A DNA stretch of 64,000 nt from the human T2T-CHM13v2.0 reference genome, Homo sapiens (GCF_009914755.1 NC_060942.1), one strand, 5' to 3'. Positions 41,326 through 56,633 are shown, counted from the stretch's first letter. Translations and numbers: made by a program. Notes: a model not told the origin generated them from the sequence alone.

Positions 41326-44300
41326 ATCTAGGGAATAAATGACTGTCCAGGATCACACAGCTACTAAGGAGCCGGACTGGAGTCAAGCCCTACCTCTTTA
41401 ACTTTCCTGAGGCTCCGCTCCTTGCCCCACCATGTGACTGCCATGTGAGCAGTGACCACAGAAAGTGAGGGAGCAAGTGATCAGGGAGGGCCCTTCCCAT
41501 TGGAGCTGTTTCCTCCTGAGTCAGCCCGAGGATTCGGGCTCGCACTTCAGGCCACTCCTGCACCCCGGGACTTTCACTCTGAGAAATCCTTTACCGTGGA
41601 AGCAGGTAACATTTTTGTGAGACACTTTTGTGATGTTTGTGATTGAAGTCTGTGTGAAGTTCTAGCCTGGGTGGAGGGAGGGTGCCCAGGGCCAGGGATG
41701 GGAGAGAGGCTGTAAAAGATGAAGCAATCATTGAAAATCTGAGACTTCATCAGAAACTTTCCATTCAGCTCAGATCTTTGCTGAGACTGACCTTCCAACT
41801 GGATTTAACTCCTGCATTTTTGCCACCAGGTTTCCAGCTGCAGAGATCTGATACCCACTCAGTATTTATCACTCTTTGGTTGTACAAGATAGAAGCTTTG
41901 CAATTCACAATGAGCCTCGGATTTCACCTGATACCATCTCCAAATCTTTGCTAGAGGGTTTCTTGTGGCCCTGAGGCCCTTGTCCTGCTCACATTTTCAG
42001 GGGGCACTGAGTGTTCTCACAATGCAGAGACGGCCTGACCTAGAAAAATGGTATCAGCCCTGGGTCAAATCCTGCCCCTCTGGGCCACATTTCCCTCATG
42101 TGCGATCACAGTGGTAATAAAACACCAACAGCCATCACTTCCAGGGGTTTGCTCTACACCAAACAGACACTATGTGCCTATTTATTATTTTATTACATTA
42201 TTACCTTATTTCCTTGTCAACACATCAGTGCTAATCCCACAGGAAAGCACAGTGACTAGCCCAGATCACCAGCTGGTAAGCCGAGGGCCTGGAGTCAAAC
42301 TTCAATCTGCTCTGCTCCCCTGAATATTCTCGGATTTACTGTGTTCCACAGCTTCAGGGATGATGAGAGTGTTACCTACACCAAGAGGTGTCAACAAGTG
42401 AGGGTGAACATATCAGCTGGACCAAACACTGAGCGTGTAGTTATATGTCCAAAAGAGAGGGAGATTCGGAGCTATGGACTGTTCTTTCTTCCTGAACCAT
42501 CCTTTTCTGGATTTCACCTACTTCAGCCAAGCTGGTGGCCCTGGGGGTGGCTGGTGGTGAGCTCGACCTGCCACTTGTCTCTTGGGTAGGTCCCCTGTCC
42601 ACATAGGTCACATGGACTCCCACCATCCCCACATTAAAATCTGCCCAGCTTACTGACATTTTAACTGCTTCAGCTTTCACTGACATCATTTTCTTCTTCT
42701 TTACATTTTCTAAATTACTGCATTACCAAGACACAGAGGCTTAAAATCAGAGAGTTTTAAAGTAAAATGTAGAAGACAAAACCAAAGCAAATCAAGCAAA
42801 AGACAAACTGTGATCCAGTGGAACTGCCAAGTGGAGATGGCCAGCGGGAGGATTCCCTGGCACTTGGCAGGGCAGCTGACATTTGTCCAAGGCTTAGCTT
42901 GAATTTCAAATTTCATCCTGGCCCTTGGTGTCCTGGCAGGTTTAGCAAGCCTGGCATTATTGTCAGAGCAGCTCATGATTTAGATGATGTCAGAGTGTTC
43001 AGGCTGGACCAGTGGAGACATTCACATCTGCAAATAGGACTGGAAGGGGCGGCAAGAGTCAGAGACAGACAGTCAAGCATCTTGGCTCTGCTACCACTTC
43101 GTGATGGGGAGGCCAAGTTATGCGATGCATTCCAGCTCAATCAATTTCTGGAGATGGGCCCTTTGTGGAATCTTCTTCATCAGAAAGTGACTAATACCTT
43201 CTATGATGAAGCCCTCCTCCAGCTTTGCCCGGCCAGGTAGGCTCCTTTCCCTTCTCCTGCAATGTGTGGTGCATCCCGCATGCTGCTGTACCACGGTTAG
43301 GGGCATTCAAGTGTGGGTTTGCATCATGAGATTATGAGCCCACCGAGGACAGGGGCCTTTGTGTTCCCAGCTCTTAGCATGTTTCAAACTTATATTTCTA
43401 GCTCTTAGCATGTTGCTGACTTATATGAGGTCCCTTTATAGATGTTGACCAACTTGAATTATACTGAATGGAAACAGACACAACTCAGGGAGGTGTAGGT
43501 AGTCCCTTCAGTTCCAGGGATGGGCACCAAACTCCTATCCTGGCTCCCAGCAGCTGGGAACCAGTGGGCTGGGTTCTACCGTGGTCTGGAACTGTGCAAG
43601 TGGCAGGTGTCATTTTGGAGGCCTTGAACTCTTGTGAGGGGAGATGCCCAAGAACCTCTTGCAGCCAATTTCGATCCTGTTTGGGGAGCCTCCCTCATTT
43701 CTTTCCCAAGTAGCTAAAGGGCAGCATTCTGGCACTTGTTTTTGCCTTCTTCACCCATCCTGATAGGGTTTCCTTCTCCCTTAACCATCAAGAAGAGGTA
43801 CAAAGAGCCAGCGAGGGAGCACCTCAGGTACTTCTCAGGCAGGGAGCACAGTCTCATTGCTGCTGAGCAGGTTAAGAAATTGTCCAGGTTGTGCATCAAT
43901 TGCTGGCTAAAGAATGACCTTCAGAAGGCCCTGGGATGCCCTACTTGATGCTCTTTTAGCCTCATCTGTTCTGATTTGGGCTTTGGAAATATATCTTCAG
44001 CTCGCACTGAGAAATTGTCAAAAAATACACCATTTGTCTGTCTATGTCCTCATGTAGTTGTAGCTGAGAACACATAATGTCTTCAGTAAAGGTGGTGCAT
44101 GGAGAAATCTCTCTGATCGGCATTCTAGGAGCAGCTGTGCCCCTCCACAGCAAAACAAACAAATAATAACCTCATAGCCAATTTGGAGCTCACTAATAAT
44201 AACTCTCAGGCCCCCAGACAGCAACACCACAGAGGCTGGAACCATGCAGTTTTGCATACGAACGTCTCTCCTGACCTCACTCTATCTTTCACCCATTTTT

Positions 44301-44529
44301 TTTCCTTTTTCTTTTGTTCCTTGACCCACTTATTTTACATTTGACTTCATCTTGCTTGGTTCTATATATCTTTTTGAGGTGCCTTAATGTTTTTCTTGAA
44401 CTGCTTTGAGTACAGATCCATAAGTGCTTAAATAATAGATTATTGTACCCTGGCAGAGTTGTCATAAATCCTGCCTTCATCCTGGGCTTAATCTCTATGG
44501 CTGGGGAAAAGGGAAATCACATATACATG

Positions 44530-44870
44530 CAGACAGCTGGCTTGGTGGTTTTCTTACTTAGTCCTCACAGCAACCCCACAAAGTTATTTTCTCTCAGTTA
44601 CAGATGAGAGAATTGGGGCTAAGAGAAGTTAAGTGGAGGTAGTGTGGTCTGCTCAAGAAACTTTTTCATTATACAAAGCATGGCTTTGCCACATATCAGT
44701 TTGGGGAATTTACATGAGAGTTAACCTCCCTAAGTCTCAGTTTCCTTACACATAAAATACAGATGAAAATACTTTAGAGAGCTATTATAAGCAATATGCT
44801 TCGTGAATATATAAAAGTTATATTGGTGCTTGAAACATGAGAATCAACAAGTGCCAGGTCCAACCCTCCT
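44530..44870. mobile_element. Two MIR fragments, opposite orientations
   Basis: TTACAGATGAGAGAATTGGGGCTAAGAGAAGTTAAG (minus) then TAACCTCCCTAAGTCTCAGTTTCCT (plus). Confidence 0.6.
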
Positions 44871-46029
44871 CAGTTACATACAACCTGTCATCCTCAGTGA
44901 TGTGGTCCAGGCTGAACCACCTAGCCTGACCCTGTGCTCTGTCCTATACCACTCGGCCTTTCCACAATGCCAGCAGCCACTCAGCAGGCACGTAAACATC
45001 CACATGCATGCTGCATTGAGGAATCTGTATGCTTTGGGCATAGGTGACTTGCTGAGCAGCAGGAGATAGAAAAGTATTGCTGGGCCCAAATTTGAACAGA
45101 GGAATGCACAATTTAAGATTTCCAATGTTAGTGCCTAGATTATATACCAGAAGAGCTCTGCTATGTGAAAAGCAAGAAATATATTGCATCTTCTGGGTCA
45201 GTTTCTCAACCCCAGATGGAAGTGACCTTACTGAAGCCACACGGCCAGAGTGGGCCCAGGTGTTTCCGTGCTCCATGTGGTTGGCAAGTCTGTGGCTGAC
45301 AAGGCAGCTTTCTCAATGGAGATGGACCCACAGGGGCAGTTGGGACCTGTCTTCTAGGCAGTCCACAGACAAGGGCATCAGTCTAGAGACAAAGGCATAA
45401 GAAAAGATCTTGCCAATCCCTCAGGGAGTAGTCTTTCAGAAGGTCAGTGTGACGAAGGCCAGGAAACAGAGGCTTCTCTGCAAAGCTTAGGAACGTGATT
45501 TCAGGGTAAATTTCCTCGCATGATTGCATTTTATTGCAGAGTCATTAGGATAATATTGCTATTCTTTCCACACCAGTGGCATCTCTGCCTGATTTTCATG
45601 TTCTGCTAGTTCTTTGTTTTTGTGCTGAGAGCAGGTTATTTTTGTAAGGCAGAGGTTAAGAGGGATGGACACAGAGCCATTTGCCAAGGTCAGGCTGAAA
45701 CCATCAGCTTCTTCCTCCCCATCCATCAGGGCCGTCTCCAGGCAGGAGTCTCCTGGAGAGGCAGAGATGTAAGCCCCATCTCTCAGACACCTTGGGACTG
45801 AGATTCACACACTAGCTCTGTGTGATGAAGTGGAGGCTCTTGTACCCTACGTGCCTCTAAGTTTAAAATTGTGGACAGGTGCAGAATGCTTGTGAGTACA
45901 TGATTTATGTGGAGTAACCATCTCGATCAGTCCTCGAGCTTTATAGAGGCCCTCAGCTGAGGAGCCATGTGTTTTCACAGAGGTTTAACAGAGAGAGAAT
46001 GGCTTCATCTATGAAAAAAAAAAAAGGCA

Positions 46030-46490
46030 TTGCTCTGGTGTCAGGGGTTAGAACTTGGTTCGGATACCGTTCCTGTCACTTACCCATCGAATCACCTTGG
46101 AGGAGTGACTTTAAGATTCCTGATCCTTCGTTTTCTCGCCTATAAGGAGAGGTGATGATTCTGCCCTGTCTGCTGATAGCGCTGTTGTAAAGATGAAATG
46201 AGCTATTGCAGATGAAAACAGTTTTCACGATCTAAAGCAGAGTACAGACATCAGCTGTAAAGCACAGTCACTAAGAGCGAAGATTTTGGAGTTTACCTGT
46301 TTGAGTTTGAAGCCCAGATCTTCCACTGATAGCTGTGTGATCCTGAGTGCTTTGATTAACATCCCCAACTATAAACTTTTGCTAAGCAGAATTCCTTCAA
46401 AAATTTGTTATAATATTTACATGCATTAATACATGCAAAGTACTTATGTTAGTATCTGGCACATAGTAAATAATATTTACTGTTTGTTGC
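46030..46490 (+). mobile_element. Two tandem MIR copies
   Basis: TTTTCTCGCCTATAA...GTTGTAAAGATGAAATGAG, then CCACTGATAGCTGTGTGATCCTGAG...TCTGGCACATAGTAAA. Confidence 0.6.
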
Positions 46491-48472
46491 TCTTGATGTT
46501 TTTGTTACTGGTTGTGTTATTATGACTTGTGGTTTGTTATGATTGTTTATGTCATTGTAGACTTGACTGGAGCAATTCACAGTGCCACTATCTCTGGTTA
46601 CAACTCATGCTTCCAGAAGCCAATCTAAGTGCAGGATTCTATGTTGATCCTTCCTGTTGTATTAACAGAATCATAAGGCATTTGAACTGGGCAGACTCTA
46701 CTTTCCAGCATACTCTATGTTAAGTTGCAGCCCTGCACCATTTACATACCCCCCTGCAATGTGGGAGGGTTTCAATTTCTCAGCATTTCTGCCAATGCTT
46801 ATTGTTCATTTTTTTAAAAAAAATATCCATTGTGATGGGTATGAGTGGCATGTGACTATGGTCTTGACTTGCCTTCCCCTGGTGACTCATGGGGCAGAGC
46901 ATCTTTTCATGGGCTTCTTGGCCATTGATAAAGTTCCGGGAGAGATGCCTATTTAAATTATTTGTTCACCTTAATTGAAATATTTTCCCTTTCATGATTG
47001 AGCTGTAAGACGTCTTTATTCTTTATACTAGACTCTGGTCAGATTATAGTTTGCAAATATTTTTCCCATTCTGTGGGTCAGTTTTTTACTTTCTTCATAA
47101 TATCTCAGTCTCACTTGCTGAAAAGATGATTATTCGTTATTGAATGGGCTTCGCATTCTTGTTAAAATCAGCTGAACATATGTGTGTGGATATTTTTCTG
47201 GAGTGTCAGTTCTGTTCCTTTGCTTTATGAGTCTATCTGTATGCCAGCACCACACTGTCTTGATGACTGTAGCGTGGCCCTGTGTTTTGAAATGTGTACG
47301 CCAACTCTGTTTTTGATTTTTTTCCTCTTTAAGATTGTTCTGGCTTTTTGGGTTACCTTGAATGTCCATATGAATTTGCAAATCACCTTGTTCATTTAAA
47401 AAAGCAGTGAAATTTTTATTAGGATGGCATATTTGAAGATTGATTTTGTACATATCACCATCTTAACCATATTAAGTCCTCTAATTCATAAAGATGGGAT
47501 GTGTTTCCATTTAATTAGGTCTTCTTAAATTTCCTTCAACAATGTTTCATAGTTTTCAATGTAAAGTCTTGCACTACTTTGGTTAAATTTATTTCTAAGT
47601 ATTTTTTAATGCTATTGTAAATTAAAAATTTCATTTTCAGAAATTTTATTGCTACTTTATAAAAATATAACTGATTTTTATTTTTGTATATTTATTTCAT
47701 ACCCTGTATCTTTGTTGAATTTATTGTCTATAATACTTTGTGCATATGTGTGTATTATTTGGTGTTTCTTTAATGCCATCTACAGATAGAAAGAGTTTTA
47801 TTTCTTCCTTCCCAATCCTTATATGTTTTATGGCATTTTATTGCCTAATTACGCTGGCTAGAATTTATAGTATAATGTTAAACAGAAGTAGTGAGAACAG
47901 AAATCCTTGCCTCCTTCCTGATTTCAAGGGGAAAGCATTCAGTCTTTCATCAGTAAGTAGGAGGCTGGCTGTGGGTGTTTTGCAGATGCTCTTTAACAGG
48001 TTAAGGAAGATCCCTTTTATTCTTAGTTTGCTGTGTGTTGGTATTATGAAGGCGTGTTGGATTTTGTCAAATACTTTTTCTAACTATATTGAGGTAATCA
48101 TCTCCTCCTTTTTATTCTTTTATTATAGCATATTACATAGATTGATTTCCCTATGTTGAACTAGCTTTGCACTCTTGGGATAAATTCAACTATGTCATGA
48201 TGTGTAATCCTTCTTATATGGTGCTAGATTCATTTGCTAGTTTTGTTGAAGATTTTTACATCTGTATTTATATAAGGAATATTGTTCTGTAGTTTTTCTT
48301 GTGAGTCTTGTCTGAGTTTGTTATTTGGTCTTATAAAATAAGTTAGAAAGTGCTTCCTTCTATTTTTTGGAAGGGTTTGTGAAGGATTAGGGTTAATTAT
48401 TTAAATGCTTAAGAGAATCCACTAGTAAAGTCATCTGCTGTGGGCTTTTCACGTGGGAAGGATTTTTTGTAA

Positions 48473-48844
<372 letters not shown>

Positions 48845-51611
48845 TGAGTCAGTTTTTGGTAGGTAGCTCATGTCCTAAAAATTTGTTTGCTTCATCTGAA
48901 TTATTTGATTTGTGGCAAATTGTTTATAGTATTATTTTATAATCTCTTTTATTTTGTTCCAGTTGGAAGTAACATCCCCTTTTTATCTGATTTCAGTAAT
49001 TTAATGTTTAACTCTTTTTTTCTTGATTATTTTACTTAGAAGTTAGTCAATTTTGGTGATATTTTCAAAGAAACTTTTTTCTCTTTTTTCGTCATTTTTT
49101 ATTTTGTTTATCCATAGTCTAATCTTAATTATTTCCTTCCTTTTGCTTGGTTTAGATGCCATTTTCTCTTCTTTTCTTACTTGTTTAGACAAAAAGATGA
49201 GTTTATTGATTTACAATCTCTAATGTTTTTAATATAGGCCTTTGCAGCTCTAAATGTCCCTCTGAGTGCTGCTTTCATTGCATCCTATAATGTCTGGTGT
49301 GTTACGTTTTTGTTTTCATTCTGCTGAAGCTATTTTATAATTTCCCTGTGATTTCTTCTTTGGCACATTGGCAATTTAAAAATGTCTTAATTTCCATATA
49401 TTTGAAAATTTACCAGATTTCCTTTTGTTATTGATTTTAGTTTTATTGCAGTGGCTTGAGAACATAGTGTTATATGATTTCAATCCCTGTAAATTTATTG
49501 GGGCTTGTTGTATAGCCTAAAACATGGTCTGTCATGGAGAATTTTCCATATACACTTGGGAAGAATGTATATATTTTTTCCATTGTTATGTAGAGTGCTC
49601 TGAAGCTGGTTTATAACACTGTCCAAGTCTTCTATTTTCTTTGCAATATGCTATCTAGTTTTTGATCCATTATTGAAAGTGAGATATAATAGTCTAATAT
49701 AATAGTATAATAATCTCCAACTATTTTCCTAAATTGCATATACCTTCCTTCAATTCTGTCAGTTATTATTTCATTTATTTGCATAAAATTTACAGATATA
49801 TTTTTACCTTTTTGATAAATGTACTCTTTTATAGCTATAAAGTGTTGTTATTTAATGAAAATTTTTCTCTATTTTGTTTGATACTAGTATAGTCACTCCT
49901 GCTCTCTTTTGGTAACTTTTGCATGGTATATATTTTCCATCATTTTACCTGCAACCTATTTTGTCATCGAATCTAAAAGGAATGTCTTGTAGATAGCATA
50001 TAGTTGGATCATTAAAAAAATTATTCTGCTAATATCTGCTTTTACTTGCAGAGTTTAATCCATTTTCATTTAATGTAATTGTTTATGGGTAGGATTTACA
50101 TCTTCAGTTTTGCTATTTGTTTTCGTATGTCTTATGCCATTTTTATTCCTCAATTTCTCTATTATTGCTTATTTTTATTGCATGTTAAATTTTTCTAGTT
50201 TACTATATTAATTTTCTTACCATTTCTTTTACTGTATATTTTTGAGTGATATTCTTAGTGGCTCCCCTAGGAATTACTAATAACATCTTAATTTATAACA
50301 ATATTCAAATTAAAACAAACAATTTCAATCATAAGAAAAACTTTGCTGTTAAATAACTCCACAATCCTTTTATGTTGTCATTGTCACAGATTACATCCTT
50401 ATACATTGTGTGTATATTCCCTTGTGCAGTTTTTTTATTAGATAGAGGAAAAAGTGGCATAAAAATAAATTAATATTGTCTTTATATTTACCTATATTGT
50501 TACCTTTACCATTGCTGTTTATTTATTCATGTTAGTTTGAGTTACTGTCTAATGTCCCTTTATTTCAACCTGAAACTCCCCCTGTAATATTTCTTACAGG
50601 GCAGGTCCTCTAGTGACAAAGTCCCTCAGTTTTTATTTATCTGTGAATATGTTAATTTTCTTTTCATTTTTGAGGGATAGTTCTGCTGAATATAGTATTC
50701 TTAGTTAACAGGCTTTTGTTAATTTGATATATTTCGGCACTGCCTTATGGCCTTCATAATTTCTAATGAGCAATTATCTCTTATAGTTATCGCAAACTTC
50801 TCGTACATAAAGAGTCACTTCTTTCTTGCTGCTTCCAAGCTTTATTTTTTTAATCAACAGTTTGATTATGATGTGCCTTATAGTGGCTCTTTCTAAATTT
50901 CTTACTTGGAGTTAGTTAAGCTTCTTAGATGTATAAAGTAATATTTTTTCATCAAATTTAGAAATTTTTGACTATTATAACTTCAAATCATTTTTTCTTT
51001 TTTCTTTATGTTCCATGAACTAAATAATTTCAATTGATTTCTTATTAAGTTCACTGATGATTTTTCTTCCTGCTCAGATATGCTGTTGAATACCTCTAGT
51101 AAATTTTTCAAGTCAGTTATTGTACTATACAATTCCAGGGTTTCTATTTGGTTCTTTTTCTATAATTTAAATGCATTTATTGATATTGTGTTTGGTGAGA
51201 TATAATTATCATTTCCTTTAATTCTTTAGACATGATTTCCTTTAATTCTTTGAATATACTTAAAATCAGTGATATAAGGTTTTAGACTAGTAAGTTCAAT
51301 GTCTGGACTTCCTCTGGATCACTTTCTATTTATTCCATTTTCCCTGCCATACTTTTTTGTTTCTTTGCCTGTCTCCTGGTTTGGTTTTTTTGTTGAAAAC
51401 TAGACATTTTACGTTATATAGCATGGCAACTCTGCAATTCAGTTTCTTCTCCCTCATAAGAGTTTGTGGCTATTGCTGCTTGTTGTAATTATTGTTTATT
51501 TAGTATCTTTTTCTGAACAAATTCTGTGCAGTCTATATTATTTATTGTGTTCAGCCACTAAAACCTCTATTCAATTTAGTTGTCAGGTAATGATTGTACA
51601 GACATTTCTTT

Positions 51612-51929
<318 letters not shown>

Positions 51930-53501
51930 AGGTATTTCTTTAAACACCTAAGACCAATAAATATTCCAGTCTTTGCTGAGGGAATTCTGCATGTGTGTTA
52001 AGGCATGTCTTCAATGGTTTAAAAATCTATCTTAGCCTTCACTTTCTGCTTGAACAGAGCCTGAAACTCAGCCAAAAGTGAGAGCTTAGGGCTTTCACAG
52101 ATACTTTCCTGAGCATGTGCATAGCTCTACATATATTTATAGATGTCTATATTTCCATGAATATGTCTGATATTTTTAAAATCTCTGTGAACATCTTGCT
52201 TTTCAGCAGGCTCTTTTAAGCTTTCTGGTTAATATATGTTATTTGATCCAACTGTTATCCACCATATCTGGCAAACACAACATTTACAACACTTGCCTAT
52301 AATTTTTTTTTTCAAATTCCCTCTCAACCACTCTTTTTGTAGATGTTTTTAACAGCGCATAAGATCTAAGTAAGGTTACATAAAGAAAATCCTTTCCAGC
52401 CCAGTTTTCTAGGGAACCACCAGACAGTTCAAATAATTGCAATTCTTTGGGAATTAGGATCTAACTCCATTCTGCTCCTTTCTGTGATAGAAATGCTGTT
52501 ATTTTTCAAGACTATGACTTCACTGTGGAAGGGTGGGTGCACCTATGGCAAGTTAAAACACAAATATTGAGTTCTTGTGGAGATCTAGCCTTTTTTTAAT
52601 ACATGCTTCTAACATTCTTTAAGCCTTTGGTTAATTGCCTATGTTTTGAAAAAGTTGACACTGAATCTGACAATTCTTTTCAGATTTCTGTTGCTTTTAT
52701 GGAGGGGGAGATTTTCAGAGGCTCTTACTTCATTATTTTTACTAATAAAATTTCACTCTGGTTATTTTAATGAAGAGAATGTAATTTAAAAACTCAATAT
52801 GCCATATTTAATTGCTTTTAGCAGTTCTGTGATATATAGAGTTGTTCTACATGGGAAGATACTGAGACAAGATACCAGAAAAAATATTAAAACAAAAGTA
52901 TTGTTATATAAAAGTTGCTTAAAATGCTAAAAGATCATTGATAAGAGGAAAAATGATGTTTGTGCTTAAGATCAGTGAAGTCCAACATGTTCAGTGATGT
53001 AGAGATAGATAGACTAAAATTTCCCATGGCCCCATTCACTGGAGGGTTTATTTACTCAAGCTGAGAAGTCGGTAAGACAGGAAGAACGAGGTGATCTTGG
53101 AAAGGAGACACCAAGAGGACCAGATTTATTCTCTCAGGAGGACAATGGTCTCTCCTCTTTCATCACTAATCAATGTTCCAGTGGCACCCCAAATGATAGC
53201 CTCATTGAGTCCCTCATGATTTCACCATCCCCACTCCTTGGGATGCAGGCATGTGTCACTTTCCCTCCCAGGCCTACAGTGCTGTGCCAGCTTGGTTTCA
53301 CTTCTCAGACCAACACTTTCCTTAGGGGATGACAAGAGCTGAGGCTCTATATCCACAGGGACTCAATAAATGAAGAATGGAGTCAGTCCAAGAGGCAGAA
53401 TGACCACTGTGATTCGGGAGATGGAGTCAGCCTTAAACTTAATATGTAGATTCATTGAACAGCTATTGGAGGACTGGCAAAGGAAAAGGGAACACTGAAA
53501 T

Positions 53502-53505
<4 letters not shown>

Positions 53506-53533
<28 letters not shown>
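53506..53533. repeat. Poly(A) tract of ~28 nt
   Basis: Direct reading; no attached Alu body. Confidence 0.9.
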
Positions 53534-53537
<4 letters not shown>

Positions 53538-53844
53538 AAGTATTTTTTTCTCTATTAGGAATATGACTACTTCTTGAGATCCTCATAAACATTCAATGAG
53601 ATAGCATGTAAAGTATTCAGCAATGAGATATCTCAAAAAGATTTACCAATGAAAGATTGTTTACTCTCTTCTTACCACCCATCATGAATAAATTGCTATA
53701 AATGTATTACCAATTGTAAATATGCATTCTAAATTTGAAGCTGCTATAATGACTACTGATCCTTTTATCTTTTCCAATGTCATGTGTATACTTTCTTTAG
53801 TCATATGATTAGACATTTTTGCATATTTAATTTTATTTTCCTAT

Positions 53845-54366
53845 ACCCCAACCCCCTCCTTATCCATGAAAAATATCTTCCTAGACTCCAGTGAATAGCT
53901 GAAATTGTGGATAGTACCAAACCCTATATATATATTTTGTTTTTTCTTATATATTCATACCTATGATAAATTTTAATTTATAAATTAAGTACAGAAAGAG
54001 ATAAACCATAACAACTAATAATAAAATAGAACAATTATGATAATATTTTATAATAAAACTTACATAAACATGGTCTTTCTTTACAAATATATTATTGTAC
54101 TTAACTCACCTTTCTTCTTGGGCGCTGTCAATCTGATAACCTAGACTGCTGCTATGAAGAGTAAATATGCTGGACAAGGAATGATTCATGTTCCACGTGG
54201 GACAGAGCAGGACAGCATGAGATTTTATCATGCTACCAGAAAGGCATGCAGTTTAGAACTTGTAAATTGTTTATCTCTAGAATTTTCTATTTAATATTTT
54301 TGAATCTCGTTGACCAGAGGTAATTGAAATCACAGAAGGAAAACCTCAAGTACAGGGAAGTACTGC
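53845..54366 (-). mobile_element. MER44-like (Tigger7-derived) DNA transposon
   Basis: GGATAGTACCAAACCCTATATA, AATAATAAAATAGAACAATTAT and GCTGGACAAGGAATGATTCATGTTCC motifs. Confidence 0.85.
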
Positions 54367-54983
54367 ATTAGGTTTGGCTTAAATCAAACTCCATTTACTG
54401 ATGAGTTGGGCAGTTGGGAGAGGGAGTGGGTGTCCATCTAGGAATGCGTTCTCTCAGATCAGGACCATGAATGGAACTGTGCGACGTTTGGTTCATGTTT
54501 ATTACTGCTTAGAAATGTCTTCAAAGCTCAATCATAGGAATAATGTCAACCCTAACTGCAGCAGTAATTAATACTTCTCTTTTTGTTGGTATTAACTTTA
54601 TTACTTATTTTATAGTATTGGCCTTATCGTAAATGTTTTTGTTATAAGACAGATCTCATCCTTTTTTGGGGTTTGGGAGGTGGGAACAGTAGAACATGAA
54701 GATACATAATAAGTCCCATACAATAGTTAATAATAAGTCACCAACAGGATTATTCCTAACTCCAGCCCTCCAAATGCTGGGGCATGGATGTATGTGTGCA
54801 GGAATGGCATCAGACTAGACACAGACTGGCACAGAGCCTGCCAAGGTGAAGACAATGCACCTTATAAAACAGTTACAGTAACATCTATTGCATACATGAA
54901 AACAATTTGCAGCAGATTAAATACCCTTAAGAAAGGAGGCTACCAGACGAACCACCTCAACACCAAAGCAGGGTTTGGTCGGC

Positions 54984-55126
54984 ATCTGACAGCGCTGTGG
55001 ACAGTGGCCAGATGTGGCCCAGCGGCTCTCCTTGGATCTGACAGCACTGTGGACAGTGGCCAGATGTGGCCCCAGCAATCTGACAGCGCTGCGGACAGTG
55101 GCCAGATGTGGCCCAGCGGCTCTCCT
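54984..55126. repeat. Three copies of a 37-bp unit (RE1-like motif plus CAGATG E-box)
   Basis: ATCTGACAGC(G/A)CTG(T/C)GGACAGTGGCCAGATGTGGCCC at 54984, 55036 and 55078. Confidence 0.9.
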
Positions 55127-55397
55127 CGGGCTGTTTCTTCCAGGAGCATGAGCTTCTTCTCTATTTCGGTGAGATTCTCTGCCTGAGTTGGCGTTCTGAG
55201 GAGCATTCAGAAATTGTTTGTTCTGAATTTCTAAAACACGAACTATTAGAAAAGGACAAAAAAAATCTACAGACTGTGGGAAAAGTTAGTGTCAAACAAA
55301 TACAAAAAGGAAAAGTTGAGAACAGCAAATGGTGGCTGTGTTATGTGGAAGTGACAGAGTTGAAAAATGATGCATTGATAAAGGGACAAAAAAAATC

Positions 55398-55446
55398 CGG
55401 AGGAGGAGGAGAAGCAGGAGGAGAAGGAGAAGGAGGAGAAGGAAGC
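55398..55446. repeat. (GGA/GAA)n purine-rich simple repeat
   Basis: Direct reading. Confidence 0.8.
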
Positions 55447-56273
55447 TAAAATAACCATTCTTGGTTTGATCTGGATTTATGTTTCTTCTTCATTAGGTTT
55501 GTTTATTGCAGCATTTCTGCCATGGTGAACTAAGTGCTCTCCATTTTTCCCTATCAGTTTCTTCTTATCCAGAGACCCTGGAGTCTTTGCCCAGGGGCCA
55601 CTGCCTGGTGATGAAAGTCATATTGTTCAGCTTCCATAAACAACCTCCACTCTCATGATTAGCATTGGAAAATCAGCTGAATCTTAGCCTTTAGCTTCAC
55701 AGTGTATGTCTATCTGTCTGTTTTATTTTTACAAAAGGCGGGGAAAAATTAAATACTTAAAAATAACAATTGAGTAATTTCAACAAAAGATTGTGATCAG
55801 ATCAGGCTCTTGGGGAATGCAGAATCAGGACCTCTCCCTACTCTTCTCACCACTAATTGTTGCCATGCAAAGTATCGTATACTTTAATTGTCTGAGTATT
55901 TAAATCTACCCACTAAGCATATTTCTTTGTTTCTATAAAATGAAATGAGCAGATTTATGGACAGATGTATGAGTTTGTCTCAGGGTCTAGAAATCTTTTT
56001 TTCTTTCTCTCTTCCACCTAGGTCCAAGTCTATAATTTAAGTTTTAAACTTTCTAAATAAAAAGTTGATTTTAAATTTAGCATTAGCAGAAGGTCAGCAG
56101 CAATTGGTAGTGTTGGCTTGATGCTGGGGGAGAGGTAAAGGGTTGGTGTGACAAAAGTGGTGAAGGGATGGGTTGGGAGGCCATGTGGGTGAGAGGAAGG
56201 TAAGGAGGGAGGAAGCCTGTGCCTTCTGTTGGCAAGATCTGCTGTTCTTAAAACATCACTTTGAGTTATTGAA

Positions 56274-56633
56274 TGTGTTAGTCCATTCAGGCTTCCATAC
56301 TAGAATACCATAGACTGAGTGGCTTACAAACAACAGAAATGCATTTCTCACAGTTATGAAGACTGGAAGTCCAAAATCCAGGTGCTGAGAATTCAGTGTC
56401 TCGTGACAGCTTACTTCCTGGTTTATAAGCAGCCGTCTTGTCACTGTGTCCCCACATGGAGGGTGAAAGAGCTCTCTGGAGTCTCTTCTAGGAGGGCACT
56501 GATCCCATTCATGAAGGCCTCACCTTTATGATCTAATCACCTCTCAAAGGCCCCACCTCCTAATACCATCACCTTAGGTGTTAGGAGTTCAACATATACA
56601 TCTTGAAGAGACATAAACCATCATTCTGCAGCA
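56274..56633 (-). mobile_element. MLT1A0-like MaLR LTR
   Basis: TGTGTTAGTCCATTCAGGCT...AAACAACAGAAATGCATTTCTCACAG...AAAGGCCCCACCTCCTAATACCATCACC. Confidence 0.9.

Noticed and set aside
42818-43240. 140-aa plus-strand ORF
   Set aside because: GTG start, no recognisable protein, and it overlaps MIR/L2-like remnants
43369-43426. 31-bp imperfect duplication AGCTCTTAGCATGTT…ACTTATAT
   Set aside because: Ordinary small slippage duplication inside an L2-like remnant
54940-55206. Minus-strand ORF (…QAENLTEIEKKLMLLEE…) with a possible acceptor AG at 55196-55197
   Set aside because: Protein not recognised, half the ORF is the tandem repeat, and there is no clear donor; at most a lncRNA exon, which sequence alone cannot support
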